NCBI GenBank assembly: GCA_029942125.1
Contig: JAPYUB010000003.1
Location: 1-43,259, forward strand
DNA from: Candidatus Thalassarchaeaceae archaeon
Lineage (GTDB): Archaea; Thermoplasmatota; Poseidoniia; Poseidoniales; Thalassarchaeaceae
Direction: 5' to 3'
Length of the DNA: 43,259 nt
Shown one piece after another: positions 7,956 to 15,628 of this stretch. Below the pieces are notes generated by a model, which was given only the letters and a program-made list of their open reading frames with translations, made no database searches and had not been told where the DNA came from. Position 1 is the stretch's first letter. Every line of letters starts with the position of its first letter. The position numbers were made by a program, and so were the translations under genes.

Positions 7956-9177
7956 TTAGGCGCCAACGGCTGCCAACACGGCGAGAGAGAGTGATTCGAC
8001 TTCCAGTCAGTGCACAAATAGGCAGACGTAGATTCAGTGAGGCATCCTTGCCTTTGACTGCAGAGACAACACCGACACTAGTTGCAGTTGCTGAATTGAG
8101 CATGAGCATCTCTCCGGGTTGTAGTGGTCGAACTGATTCCGCTTCACCATCTCCGCTTCCGACCATTTCCTTGAGCAGATTGAGTTTGATATCTAGCGCC
8201 TCCCAAACGGGGGGTAATTCACCTGCTTTTGCCATAACCTGACCCGATAGATTGTCTGATTTGGTGTGGAATGGGTCGAGAGGTGTGGCGATTCCACACA
8301 ACCCACCTGCGTGGACGGAATCCAGATCCAATCCACCACTCTGGACACTTGCAATCTTCGTTTCAATGGGTTCCCAGCGAGCTTTGTTTCCTTCAGCAAT
8401 TTTACGTCCAGGTGCGATGAGGATTTCATCGCCTTTCTTGAATTTCCCAGAGACAACGGAACCACCAATGATTCCACCTTTCAATTTTGCAGGGCGAGTT
8501 CCGGGACGATTAATGTCGAAGGAACGTGCCACATACATCAGCCCATTCTCTTTTTCCCGAAGGTCGGGCGTCGGAATGGTGTCCTCAATAGCATCGATTA
8601 GAACATCCAAATTGACATCATGGTGGGCGCTAACAGGAATGATTGGTGCATTCTCTGCAATTGTTTCTTTGATGAAGGCCTTGATTTCATCGTGAGATTC
8701 AATCGCCCTTTCTCGGCTAACCAAATCCACCTTGTTCTGAACAACGACAATATTCTCGATGCCTGCAATCTCTAGTGCCATCAGGTGTTCTCGAGTTTGT
8801 GGTTGTGGACATTCTTCGTTGGCTGCAATCAATAGTAGCGCGCCATCCATGATAGATGACCCTGAAATCATGACGGCCATCAGCGTCTCGTGACCCGGTG
8901 CATCCACAAAGGACACTACACGTAGCAATTCCTTCTCCACATCATCGCCACCATCGGAACGTTTCCCCATGGCATATGTCTCTCCACCTTTGGTTCGGTA
9001 GAATGCCGTATCTGCATAGCCCAACTTGATGCTGATACCACGCTTACGCTCTTCTGAATGGGTATCAGTCCACGTGCCCGACAGTGCTTGAGTGAGCGTC
9101 GTCTTGCCGTGGTCCACGTGTCCAACGAGTCCGATGTTCACCTTTGGCTGACCGGGGAGCTCACGCTTCTTGGCCAT
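7930..9177 (-). CDS. eif2g: Translation initiation factor aIF2 gamma subunit
   Basis: NIGLVGHVDHGKTTL (G1), DAPGHE (G3), VQNKVDL (G4), and three-domain EF-Tu-like length. Confidence 0.95.
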   Translation of the reverse strand: MAKKRELPGQPKVNIGLVGHVDHGKTTLTQALSGTWTDTHSEERKRGISIKLGYADTAFYRTKGGETYAMGKRSDGGDDVEKELLRVVSFVDAPGHETLMAVMISGSSIMDGALLLIAANEECPQPQTREHLMALEIAGIENIVVVQNKVDLVSRERAIESHDEIKAFIKETIAENAPIIPVSAHHDVNLDVLIDAIEDTIPTPDLREKENGLMYVARSFDINRPGTRPAKLKGGIIGGSVVSGKFKKGDEILIAPGRKIAEGNKARWEPIETKIASVQSGGLDLDSVHAGGLCGIATPLDPFHTKSDNLSGQVMAKAGELPPVWEALDIKLNLLKEMVGSGDGEAESVRPLQPGEMLMLNSATATSVGVVSAVKGKDASLNLRLPICALTGSRITLSRRVGSRWRLIGHGVIAG

Positions 9178-9195
9178 TTGGTGTCACAGATCCTT

Positions 9196-9681
9196 TCACT
9201 CCTCAATGTCAGCTCCGCTTGCATCATCGTTGCTTGCGGGGAAGATGTCAGAGAGTGATTTGTTTCCACTCTCGACAACCTTGAGGTTGATTTGGCGTGT
9301 GTCCGAGGAAATGACGTTGCCGCGGAAGGCCCGGCGCTTTCGTAGTCCATCGTAGGTGTAGCGATATCGCCCGCCCTTCTTCTTCACAATCTTGTGGCCC
9401 TTGAAGCCGGTTGATGGACTGACGAGTACCTTCTTACGGCCACCGCCATGGAGATCTCTACGCATTGGAGTTCCAGTTAAGTCGGAACCACCTGTAATTT
9501 CAAGTTTGAATCCACCAAGGCTGACATCATTGTCACCGACGAATATCCCATCGACGGAATCGCCGATTTTTTTACCTAGGAAATGGTTGTAATTTGAACC
9601 GCTGATGTCGACTGCATACGCCTTTCCTCCACTGGATGGGTCGGTGTCGTTAACGACCGCTTTGAATACCTGCTCAGCCAT
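9196..9681 (-). CDS. rps6e: 30S ribosomal protein S6e
   Basis: FKLEITGGSDLTGTPMRRDLHGGGRKKVL..KKKGGRYRYTYDGLRKRRAFRGN matches the S6e pattern. Confidence 0.93.
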   Translation of the reverse strand: MAEQVFKAVVNDTDPSSGGKAYAVDISGSNYNHFLGKKIGDSVDGIFVGDNDVSLGGFKLEITGGSDLTGTPMRRDLHGGGRKKVLVSPSTGFKGHKIVKKKGGRYRYTYDGLRKRRAFRGNVISSDTRQINLKVVESGNKSLSDIFPASNDDASGADIEE

Positions 9682-9772
9682 GCTTAAACCTCGTGCGCCT
9701 CGGCGACAGATGCTCCCTATAAGAGCGGTTCGGCCGATTCCATCGTAGGTGAATTCGAAAGCATCACAGAAA

Positions 9773-10945
9773 TCATCGCTTTAGGGCATGCTCAAGGCGG
9801 TTTTCAAGTTGGCCAGGCAAACTGTGTGGCATTGTGATGTGTTGTGTCCGCCCTCGGCCGGCGCTTGCCGTTCCGGTACGAGATTCCATCAGTCCTCGCA
9901 TCTCAAGTATTTTCAAATATTTCCAGAATGTTGTATGTCCGCGAGGTTTGGCTTCATATTCTTCGCATACAACTTGGTACAATTTCTCGGCATCTCCAGA
10001 GGTCACTTCTGGATCACGTCGAAGTCGACGACAGATGGCGAGCAGAATCATTTGTTCATGCTGGTTGAGTTCGTCGACCACACTTGGTTCGACCACACGA
10101 CCACGTTCTCTCGTGTTCTGTTGTACATGACTGGCCTTAACTTCACGGAATCCATCTGTCTCTGCTCGCATTACTGCATCCTCTAGAACCTCGATGGCGA
10201 CGCGTGCATCACCAGTATTTGCGGATGCTTGCCCGATTAAAGTAAGAATTTCCTCACTTACCGAGCCTGTGCGTGTTGCAAGGACCGCACGCTGTGATGC
10301 AATTGCAGCTAGTTGTGTTTCAGAATAGGGTTTCAGCACCAAGTGATTAGATCGACCAAAGCGAGAGATTACCGCCCCTTCAAGTTGGTCTAAAACTTGC
10401 TCTTGACTGATGATAATAAGTGACAACGTTCCCGCTTCATCGCGCCCCTCATCAATTCGAAGAAGTTGGTAAAGCAGGTCTCCTCCTTCTCTTCGCATCA
10501 GGTGATCAATCTCATCGAGGATGAGCAACATGTGTTGGTTGCGCGTTCGAAGATTGCGACGGATGCCTTGGATGACTTCTGAAGCGGAGAACCCTCGATC
10601 GGGGTGTCGATCGTCGAGCGCCTTGGCGATTCGTTGCAGGACCTGCGAGGTCGTCGGGTGATTGCGACAATTGACATGTATCGATTGTATAGCCCTCACT
10701 CCCGAAAGATGGCGAATCAAATCATCTGCAAAGGCGCGACTAAGGACTGTTTTCCCACTGCCGACATTACCGGTGATTACCGCACGGCATGACATTCCCG
10801 GTGTTGCGATGTTTGCAAACATCGCAGCTAGTTGTTCCTGATCTTCTTCTCGACCTACGATATTTGGAGGTACCCAATCGTAGGAAAGTGGCGACGCATC
10901 GAGCAAGATGAGGCCCGCGCCAATCCGATTCAGATATTCAGCCAT
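9773..10945 (-). CDS. cdc6: Orc1/Cdc6 replication initiator
   Basis: SYDWVPPNIVGREEDQEQL, Walker A GNVGSGKTV, Walker B LLILDEIDHL, and a C-terminal winged helix (TTFWKYLKILEMRGLM). ATG at 10945 is preferred; the track start at 10990 is GTG. Confidence 0.9.
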   Translation of the reverse strand: MAEYLNRIGAGLILLDASPLSYDWVPPNIVGREEDQEQLAAMFANIATPGMSCRAVITGNVGSGKTVLSRAFADDLIRHLSGVRAIQSIHVNCRNHPTTSQVLQRIAKALDDRHPDRGFSASEVIQGIRRNLRTRNQHMLLILDEIDHLMRREGGDLLYQLLRIDEGRDEAGTLSLIIISQEQVLDQLEGAVISRFGRSNHLVLKPYSETQLAAIASQRAVLATRTGSVSEEILTLIGQASANTGDARVAIEVLEDAVMRAETDGFREVKASHVQQNTRERGRVVEPSVVDELNQHEQMILLAICRRLRRDPEVTSGDAEKLYQVVCEEYEAKPRGHTTFWKYLKILEMRGLMESRTGTASAGRGRTQHITMPHSLPGQLENRLEHALKR

Positions 10946-11038
10946 CAAGGTATCCCATTGTTGGATGTTCTTGAAGATATGGAATGCCACACACGCGAGC
11001 GCCCCCGATGGCGTGGTGTGTGCGCGTGCGCGAGAGCC

Positions 11039-12148
11039 TCAGGGGATTTCATCAAACTGGTATCCTGTTTCCCACTGTTTCTCGCCAAGAGCGACTTCAA
11101 GCTCAAAGGGTGTAATCAGTGGTTTGGCATATCGTACCGAATCATCGATCGCGATTCGTGGGCATGCCGTGTTGACAAAGGCATCCACCGGATAGAAGTC
11201 AATCAGTTCAGGTCCGATGTGTTCCAGCGCCAACAGGTATCCCTTCTTGCCGTGCTTTTCGAGAATTTTCTTCATTCTCAATGCAAGAGTGCGGCGCATT
11301 TGACCGGGCTTTTCTCCAATTAGAATGCCAAATGATTGTGCTTTGTCGCACGCCATTATGAGTCCAAACCGTTGCCTTAGGATTCTCTCGATTCGCTCAA
11401 ACGACATCTCTTCGGCATCACCAGAATAAGGATCTAGCATTGCCAATGGCTTGCCCGTGTGCAGGACTAGGCCAATGGGGTGGAAATCCCCGCTACCAAG
11501 GAACAGATAGTGCCCAATATCGTCTTGATCGCCTGAATAATTGCAACCCAAGACTTGGCCAGGGAATGTCAATCGATCCCCACCTACAGGCACTTCGACC
11601 TCAAATCCAGCCGCCTCAAGTCGCTCTTTGTATTCGAAAATAAGATGCAGGTGCTGAATACTCCCCACCAATCCCAGTTTGGTTCCAGTCAGCGAAGCAA
11701 CACGCCCGACAGCATCGAGGAATCTCTCCTGCGCTTCCTCGGGGCCAACAGATTGATCGGATTGAGCCCCCACCAATCGCTGCTCTGCAATCGCGCGATG
11801 CTGTGCGAGGATGGGTAATACTGGATCTATGACTGGATCTCCATCGTATGTGACGTTGATGAATTGCGTCGGCATCCCTGAATCGATGTTCATCTGCGAG
11901 TGACCCATGTGTGCAACCAATTCTACACCCATTCGCTGCATCTTGTCATGAACCAAATCACAGGCTCCATAGCAGGGGTCTGCAGCGAGAATGATTTTAG
12001 CCGATGTTTCTTCTTCTATAGCATCCATCATGTTCAGTGCCTGCATCTTCAATCCTTCAGGAACCTGCAATGCAACAAGGCGATTATCATTTGACTTGAT
12101 TCGCTCGATCAACTCATCGAGTTCGAAGTCATGACGGTCCATATCCAT
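11039..12148 (-). CDS. dph2: Diphthamide synthesis 2-(3-amino-3-carboxypropyl)histidine synthase
   Basis: LVALQVPEGLK, ILAADPCYGACDL, VLGCNYS and VNTACPRIAIDD, which include the three cluster-binding Cys contexts typical of archaeal Dph2. Confidence 0.88.
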   Translation of the reverse strand: MDMDRHDFELDELIERIKSNDNRLVALQVPEGLKMQALNMMDAIEEETSAKIILAADPCYGACDLVHDKMQRMGVELVAHMGHSQMNIDSGMPTQFINVTYDGDPVIDPVLPILAQHRAIAEQRLVGAQSDQSVGPEEAQERFLDAVGRVASLTGTKLGLVGSIQHLHLIFEYKERLEAAGFEVEVPVGGDRLTFPGQVLGCNYSGDQDDIGHYLFLGSGDFHPIGLVLHTGKPLAMLDPYSGDAEEMSFERIERILRQRFGLIMACDKAQSFGILIGEKPGQMRRTLALRMKKILEKHGKKGYLLALEHIGPELIDFYPVDAFVNTACPRIAIDDSVRYAKPLITPFELEVALGEKQWETGYQFDEIP

Positions 12149-12204
12149 GGGTTCACCTTGTACGTCGTCAGACCTCTACTTGATGAATTCACCTCAGGGT
12201 GAAA

Positions 12205-12768
12205 TCAATCGAGAAGTACGATTTTGTCACCTTGCATCTCGATTCGAACAAGACTGTTTAGTGGCCAATCCCCCTCTGTTCGTATCTTGTTCATCCCTTC
12301 GCCCTTCTCAAAGACAATCCAGCAATCTTGTATGACAGCTCCGGATTTATCTAAGGCTCTCAGTATCGGAAGAAGTGTGCCGCCAGTACTCACGACGTCA
12401 TCTACAATCAGCACTCGTTCGCCTGCGTCGATATCGTTGAGGTAAATATCTCCCTTTGAATAGCCGGTTGATTTGTTGATGGCTACTTCACCTGGGAGTC
12501 CATACTGTCGCTTTCGACCGATGATGAGAGGTTTGCCGCTGGACAGGCACAGGGCTGCTGCCAAAGGGATCCCCATCGCTTCGATGCCGAGGATTATGTC
12601 AATAGAATCCCAGTCAATGTTTTCTGAAATCAGATCGTGAGCAGCGGTCAGGAGTTCTGCAGTTTGCCGGGGTACGCCATCTGATAGTGGGTGGACGAAG
12701 TAGGGATAGCCTTCCTTCCATACGACTGGGGCTTTGAGGACACTGTCTTTCAGCAGTTCGACGCGCAT
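12205..12768 (-). CDS. Purine phosphoribosyltransferase (archaeal Hpt/Apt-like)
   Basis: ATG at 12768 gives MRVELLKDSVLKAPVVWKEGYPYFVHPLSDGVP, a typical N-terminus for this family. PRPP loop VLIVDDVVSTGGTL. The longer track ORF (to 12954) would overlap the upstream gene and a terminator-like hairpin. Confidence 0.8.
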   Translation of the reverse strand: MRVELLKDSVLKAPVVWKEGYPYFVHPLSDGVPRQTAELLTAAHDLISENIDWDSIDIILGIEAMGIPLAAALCLSSGKPLIIGRKRQYGLPGEVAINKSTGYSKGDIYLNDIDAGERVLIVDDVVSTGGTLLPILRALDKSGAVIQDCWIVFEKGEGMNKIRTEGDWPLNSLVRIEMQGDKIVLLD

Positions 12769-12834
12769 GTCGATGGTCGTCTTCTGTTCGCCCATGGACA
12801 GCGAGACAGCGCCTTGGTTTTGAAGAATTTGATT

Positions 12835-12875
12835 AAAAAAAATATCCCCCAAGGGCACCGAAGCGCCCTTGAGGG
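12835..12875 (-). terminator. Hairpin plus T8 tract downstream of the MIP-like gene
   Basis: On the minus strand, an 11-bp stem with one mismatch (12865..12875 pairing with 12846..12856) and an 8-nt loop is followed after 3 nt by T8 (plus-strand A8, 12835..12842). It starts 43 nt after the stop at 12918. Confidence 0.4.
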
Positions 12876-12917
12876 ACATGTGTGTTATCTTGTGATGTGC
12901 GATTAAAGTTGTTTTAC

Positions 12918-13526
12918 TTACTCTTCTTCGCCAATCAAGCCGTCGACTTGGCAACCTAGGAAGGCACCAATACCGACGAACAGACCGTCGCAGATCCAGT
13001 TGACTGCGGTGTCTGCAACTCCATCAAGTGCGCCGACAAGGGATGAACCCATCTCGTTTGCACCCGTCAGGGTCATTGCACCACCAAGTGCCATCAGACC
13101 AAACGCACTCGCCCATGCGGAATCGCATCGGGTGTGCACCTGCCACCATACTGCACCAGCAGCAACTGTACCAATTACACCCCAGAGGTTGTCTGCGATG
13201 TCAGGAATCCACATGTCTGTGGGTGCCCAACCAGTCTCAATTGCACCTGCTTCTGTCATTAGGACGACAGCGAGCGATGCTCCGACAACTTGTCCGAGCA
13301 AGCGCATACCATTTGCCATCCAGTTTCCTTCGGTATCCGACAGGTCACCGGTCATGATGTGCGACCATGTGACAACTGGCAGAAGATGGGCACCGCTGAA
13401 CGCCATCCAGGTCACTGCAAGAGCAACTGCTCCTCCGATGTTACCTAGTCCCAACCCAAAGACGACCCACATGAGCATAAATGCCCCGCCGACCTCTGCT
13501 TTCATTGCTTTCATATCTATATCCAT
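12918..13526 (-). CDS. MIP/aquaporin-like channel protein with degenerate NPA boxes
   Basis: AEVGGAFMLMWVVFG, FSGAHLLPVVTW (compare SGxHxNPAVT), LLGQVVGASLAVVLM and LTGANEMGSSLVGAL (compare TGxxxNPARSxG) give a colinear resemblance to MIPs. 202 aa. GGTGA lies 8 nt upstream of the ATG. Confidence 0.5.
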   Translation of the reverse strand: MDIDMKAMKAEVGGAFMLMWVVFGLGLGNIGGAVALAVTWMAFSGAHLLPVVTWSHIMTGDLSDTEGNWMANGMRLLGQVVGASLAVVLMTEAGAIETGWAPTDMWIPDIADNLWGVIGTVAAGAVWWQVHTRCDSAWASAFGLMALGGAMTLTGANEMGSSLVGALDGVADTAVNWICDGLFVGIGAFLGCQVDGLIGEEE

Positions 13527-13703
13527 TTTCTTTCACCTTTTTCTATCGCTACCTAAGCGATTAACCTGTTCGTGACAAATGCGCTTATCAATGATTCTAT
13601 AGTGAATCTGCAATAAAGGCGTGTTTGGGCGGTTTTCAAAAAACGCCGATGTAACCTTGAACATTAGGTGTAATTCACTACACTGAGTCGAAAGTAACAA
13701 CTC

Positions 13704-13709
13704 AAAAAA
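13704..13709 (-). terminator. Oligo-T tract after rpl10e
   Basis: Plus-strand A6 is T6 on the minus strand, 14 nt downstream of the rpl10e stop. Archaeal termination commonly uses oligo-T. A further stem, GGCGGTTTT/AAAACGCC, lies at 13628..13647. Confidence 0.25.
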
Positions 13710-13722
13710 GGGTGGAAATTAC

Positions 13723-14262
13723 TCAAACTAGTCCCTTGAGGTGTTCTCGCCCCTTGATAACTTCAGTTGAGCAAGGACTTGGGATCTTCATACTGGCCTT
13801 ACGCAGAGCATCTTTTGCAGTGAGGAAGTTCTTGGGCTGGGTAGAAATTGAGATGACGGTAGTGCCACGCTTGCAGCGAGCAGCTGTACCTACGTTCTTT
13901 CCGAACGCGCAGCGCATGCCTTGCGATACACGATCTGCGCCAGCACCTGTTGCCTGCTTGTTTTCTCTCAAAATGTGGTGTGGGTATACGTGCACGCGAA
14001 GTGCATAACCTTCTTCCCCAGCCGCCTCTCGAATGGTTGCATTGGAAACTTGGCGAGCGGCCTCAAGAGCCGAATGGCGAACTTGGCAACTCTCATCGAC
14101 AGTGAGTTTGATTATTACGGGAAATTCATCGGCTTCAGCTGCCTTGCGGTTGCCCATGTGGAAGCGCATAATCCGATTATTGGGGACACCGCCAGTGTAC
14201 TTGCGACGCGTGTACGCCTGACCCTTGAGTCTGCGGTACATTTTCGCGGGCTTACGTGCCAT
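13723..14262 (-). CDS. rpl10e: 50S ribosomal protein L10e (uL16)
   Basis: ATG at 14262 gives MARKPAKMYRRLKGQAYTRRKYTGGVP..., the canonical L10e N-terminus. The track ORF extends upstream to 14337. Confidence 0.93.
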   Translation of the reverse strand: MARKPAKMYRRLKGQAYTRRKYTGGVPNNRIMRFHMGNRKAAEADEFPVIIKLTVDESCQVRHSALEAARQVSNATIREAAGEEGYALRVHVYPHHILRENKQATGAGADRVSQGMRCAFGKNVGTAARCKRGTTVISISTQPKNFLTAKDALRKASMKIPSPCSTEVIKGREHLKGLV

Positions 14263-14349
14263 AATGACTTCCTCGGTCGACGGCCACCGACAGCCCGTAT
14301 ATGAATCCATCCGGCCACCTACGGTGGCTATACACACTGGTTAGCGGAC

Positions 14350-15546
14350 ATGTTCTTCAACTTCATTGGTTACAGCCCCTCCGTGGACAACATCATCGAG
14401 CGACTCTTTGCCTTCATCGATTCCCCTCGTGAACGCCCTTGGGTGGCGATGGGTGCACTCGGTATTTTCATCCTCTTTGGGGCCGTTTGGGTGAATCAAG
14501 CTCAAGTTCTGCCTGGAGTTTCCGTTTCAGACACGGGTCTTTCCGGCTCCGTTGTCGATATCATGTGGGATACAGATGGAGAACAAGCCTTGGCCTTGGT
14601 CGATAATGGCGACGATCTAGAGATGATGATTCGTGACAGCCAAGGCACTTGGTCAGTGTTGGATTGTAATTGCAACGTCACAGCGATTGGTGGTACTGAA
14701 AGCCTATGGGTGGCCGGAGGTGAAGATGGTTGGATTGGCATCATGTATGCAGGATCAAACAGTATTGCGCCTCGTTCGTTCAATTGGCCAGACACCCCAC
14801 CAGAGATTGTTTCACTGGACGGCGACATCGATGATGGTTGGTTGATTGTCGAGGACGGATCCGGTCGCTTAGTTCACACTTGGTCGGGATTGAATGTCAG
14901 CGAAGGAGCATCATATTCGATTTCAACAATTGTCATGGACGAAGTAGAGGTTGTGTCAGGTGGCGCACTGATCATCGGTCACGATATGGCGGGTAGTAAT
15001 CCCGCACAAGGCCAGGCGTCATCCGAAGTTCTCATCGATGCGGCTGGTGGTTCAGGGTCAGCACCACAACTGATCTTGTTGCATCGTGGAGCCGGCTCCC
15101 CATTCCATACAATCGTGCCAATGGATGATTCATCATTCATCGCAATTGTTGGTGGTGGCGATGCAATATATGGTGTCAGCGCAGATCGTGACGTCCACCG
15201 TATTGCTGGGTCTATAGGTGTCAGTACTATTGCAATTGATGATGAAGGAATGCTTTGGTTCAAAGGTGATAATGGTCTATCAACGTTGGAAATAGGTGAT
15301 GCCCAACCAACGAATGTCATCTGTCCAGATGGCGCTCCTACAGATTTGACGACTGCTGCAAGTTCTGGAGAAAACATCGTCATGTTCAATGAAGACGGAT
15401 CCTCCCGTGTGACCATTGATCCTAGTGCACAACATTCCCTGCTCAGAAGCCTCTCACTCCTGGGTGATTTGATTCTGGTTCTGACTTTTGTAGCCTTTGT
15501 AGGATTCGGTGGCCATGCACTGATGCGCAAGCACGACATCATTTGA
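14350..15546 (+). CDS. Hypothetical membrane-anchored protein (TM at both ends, beta-rich repeat ectodomain)
   Basis: N-terminal TM WVAMGALGIFILFGAVWV and C-terminal TM LLGDLILVLTFVAFVGFGG. The central region is D/G/S-rich and strand-like. No family recognised. Confidence 0.45.
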   Translation: MFFNFIGYSPSVDNIIERLFAFIDSPRERPWVAMGALGIFILFGAVWVNQAQVLPGVSVSDTGLSGSVVDIMWDTDGEQALALVDNGDDLEMMIRDSQGTWSVLDCNCNVTAIGGTESLWVAGGEDGWIGIMYAGSNSIAPRSFNWPDTPPEIVSLDGDIDDGWLIVEDGSGRLVHTWSGLNVSEGASYSISTIVMDEVEVVSGGALIIGHDMAGSNPAQGQASSEVLIDAAGGSGSAPQLILLHRGAGSPFHTIVPMDDSSFIAIVGGGDAIYGVSADRDVHRIAGSIGVSTIAIDDEGMLWFKGDNGLSTLEIGDAQPTNVICPDGAPTDLTTAASSGENIVMFNEDGSSRVTIDPSAQHSLLRSLSLLGDLILVLTFVAFVGFGGHALMRKHDII

Positions 15547-15570
15547 TTTCACAATACGCAAGCAATAATT

Positions 15571-15587
15571 CGTTCACGTAGTGAACG
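15571..15587. promoter_or_regulatory. Perfect palindrome CGTTCAC-GTA-GTGAACG
   Basis: 7+3+7 inverted repeat, 25 nt after the upstream stop and 42 nt before the mutS ATG. Confidence 0.35.
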
Positions 15588-15628
15588 GCCGTTTGGTTCA
15601 TAGGCTGCGGACTAGGTTGCTCGTGCCC

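Noticed and set aside
10988-11033. Hairpin between the CACACACGCG and GTGTGTGCGCG tracts upstream of cdc6
   Set aside because: The two tracts are complementary in parallel orientation rather than reverse-complementary, so they cannot pair as a stem.
12769-12954. Upstream extension of the phosphoribosyltransferase ORF to 12954 or 12879
   Set aside because: It would overlap the MIP-like gene and read through the hairpin + T8 terminator-like element. Family N-termini match the ATG at 12768. This remains uncertain without homologue alignment.
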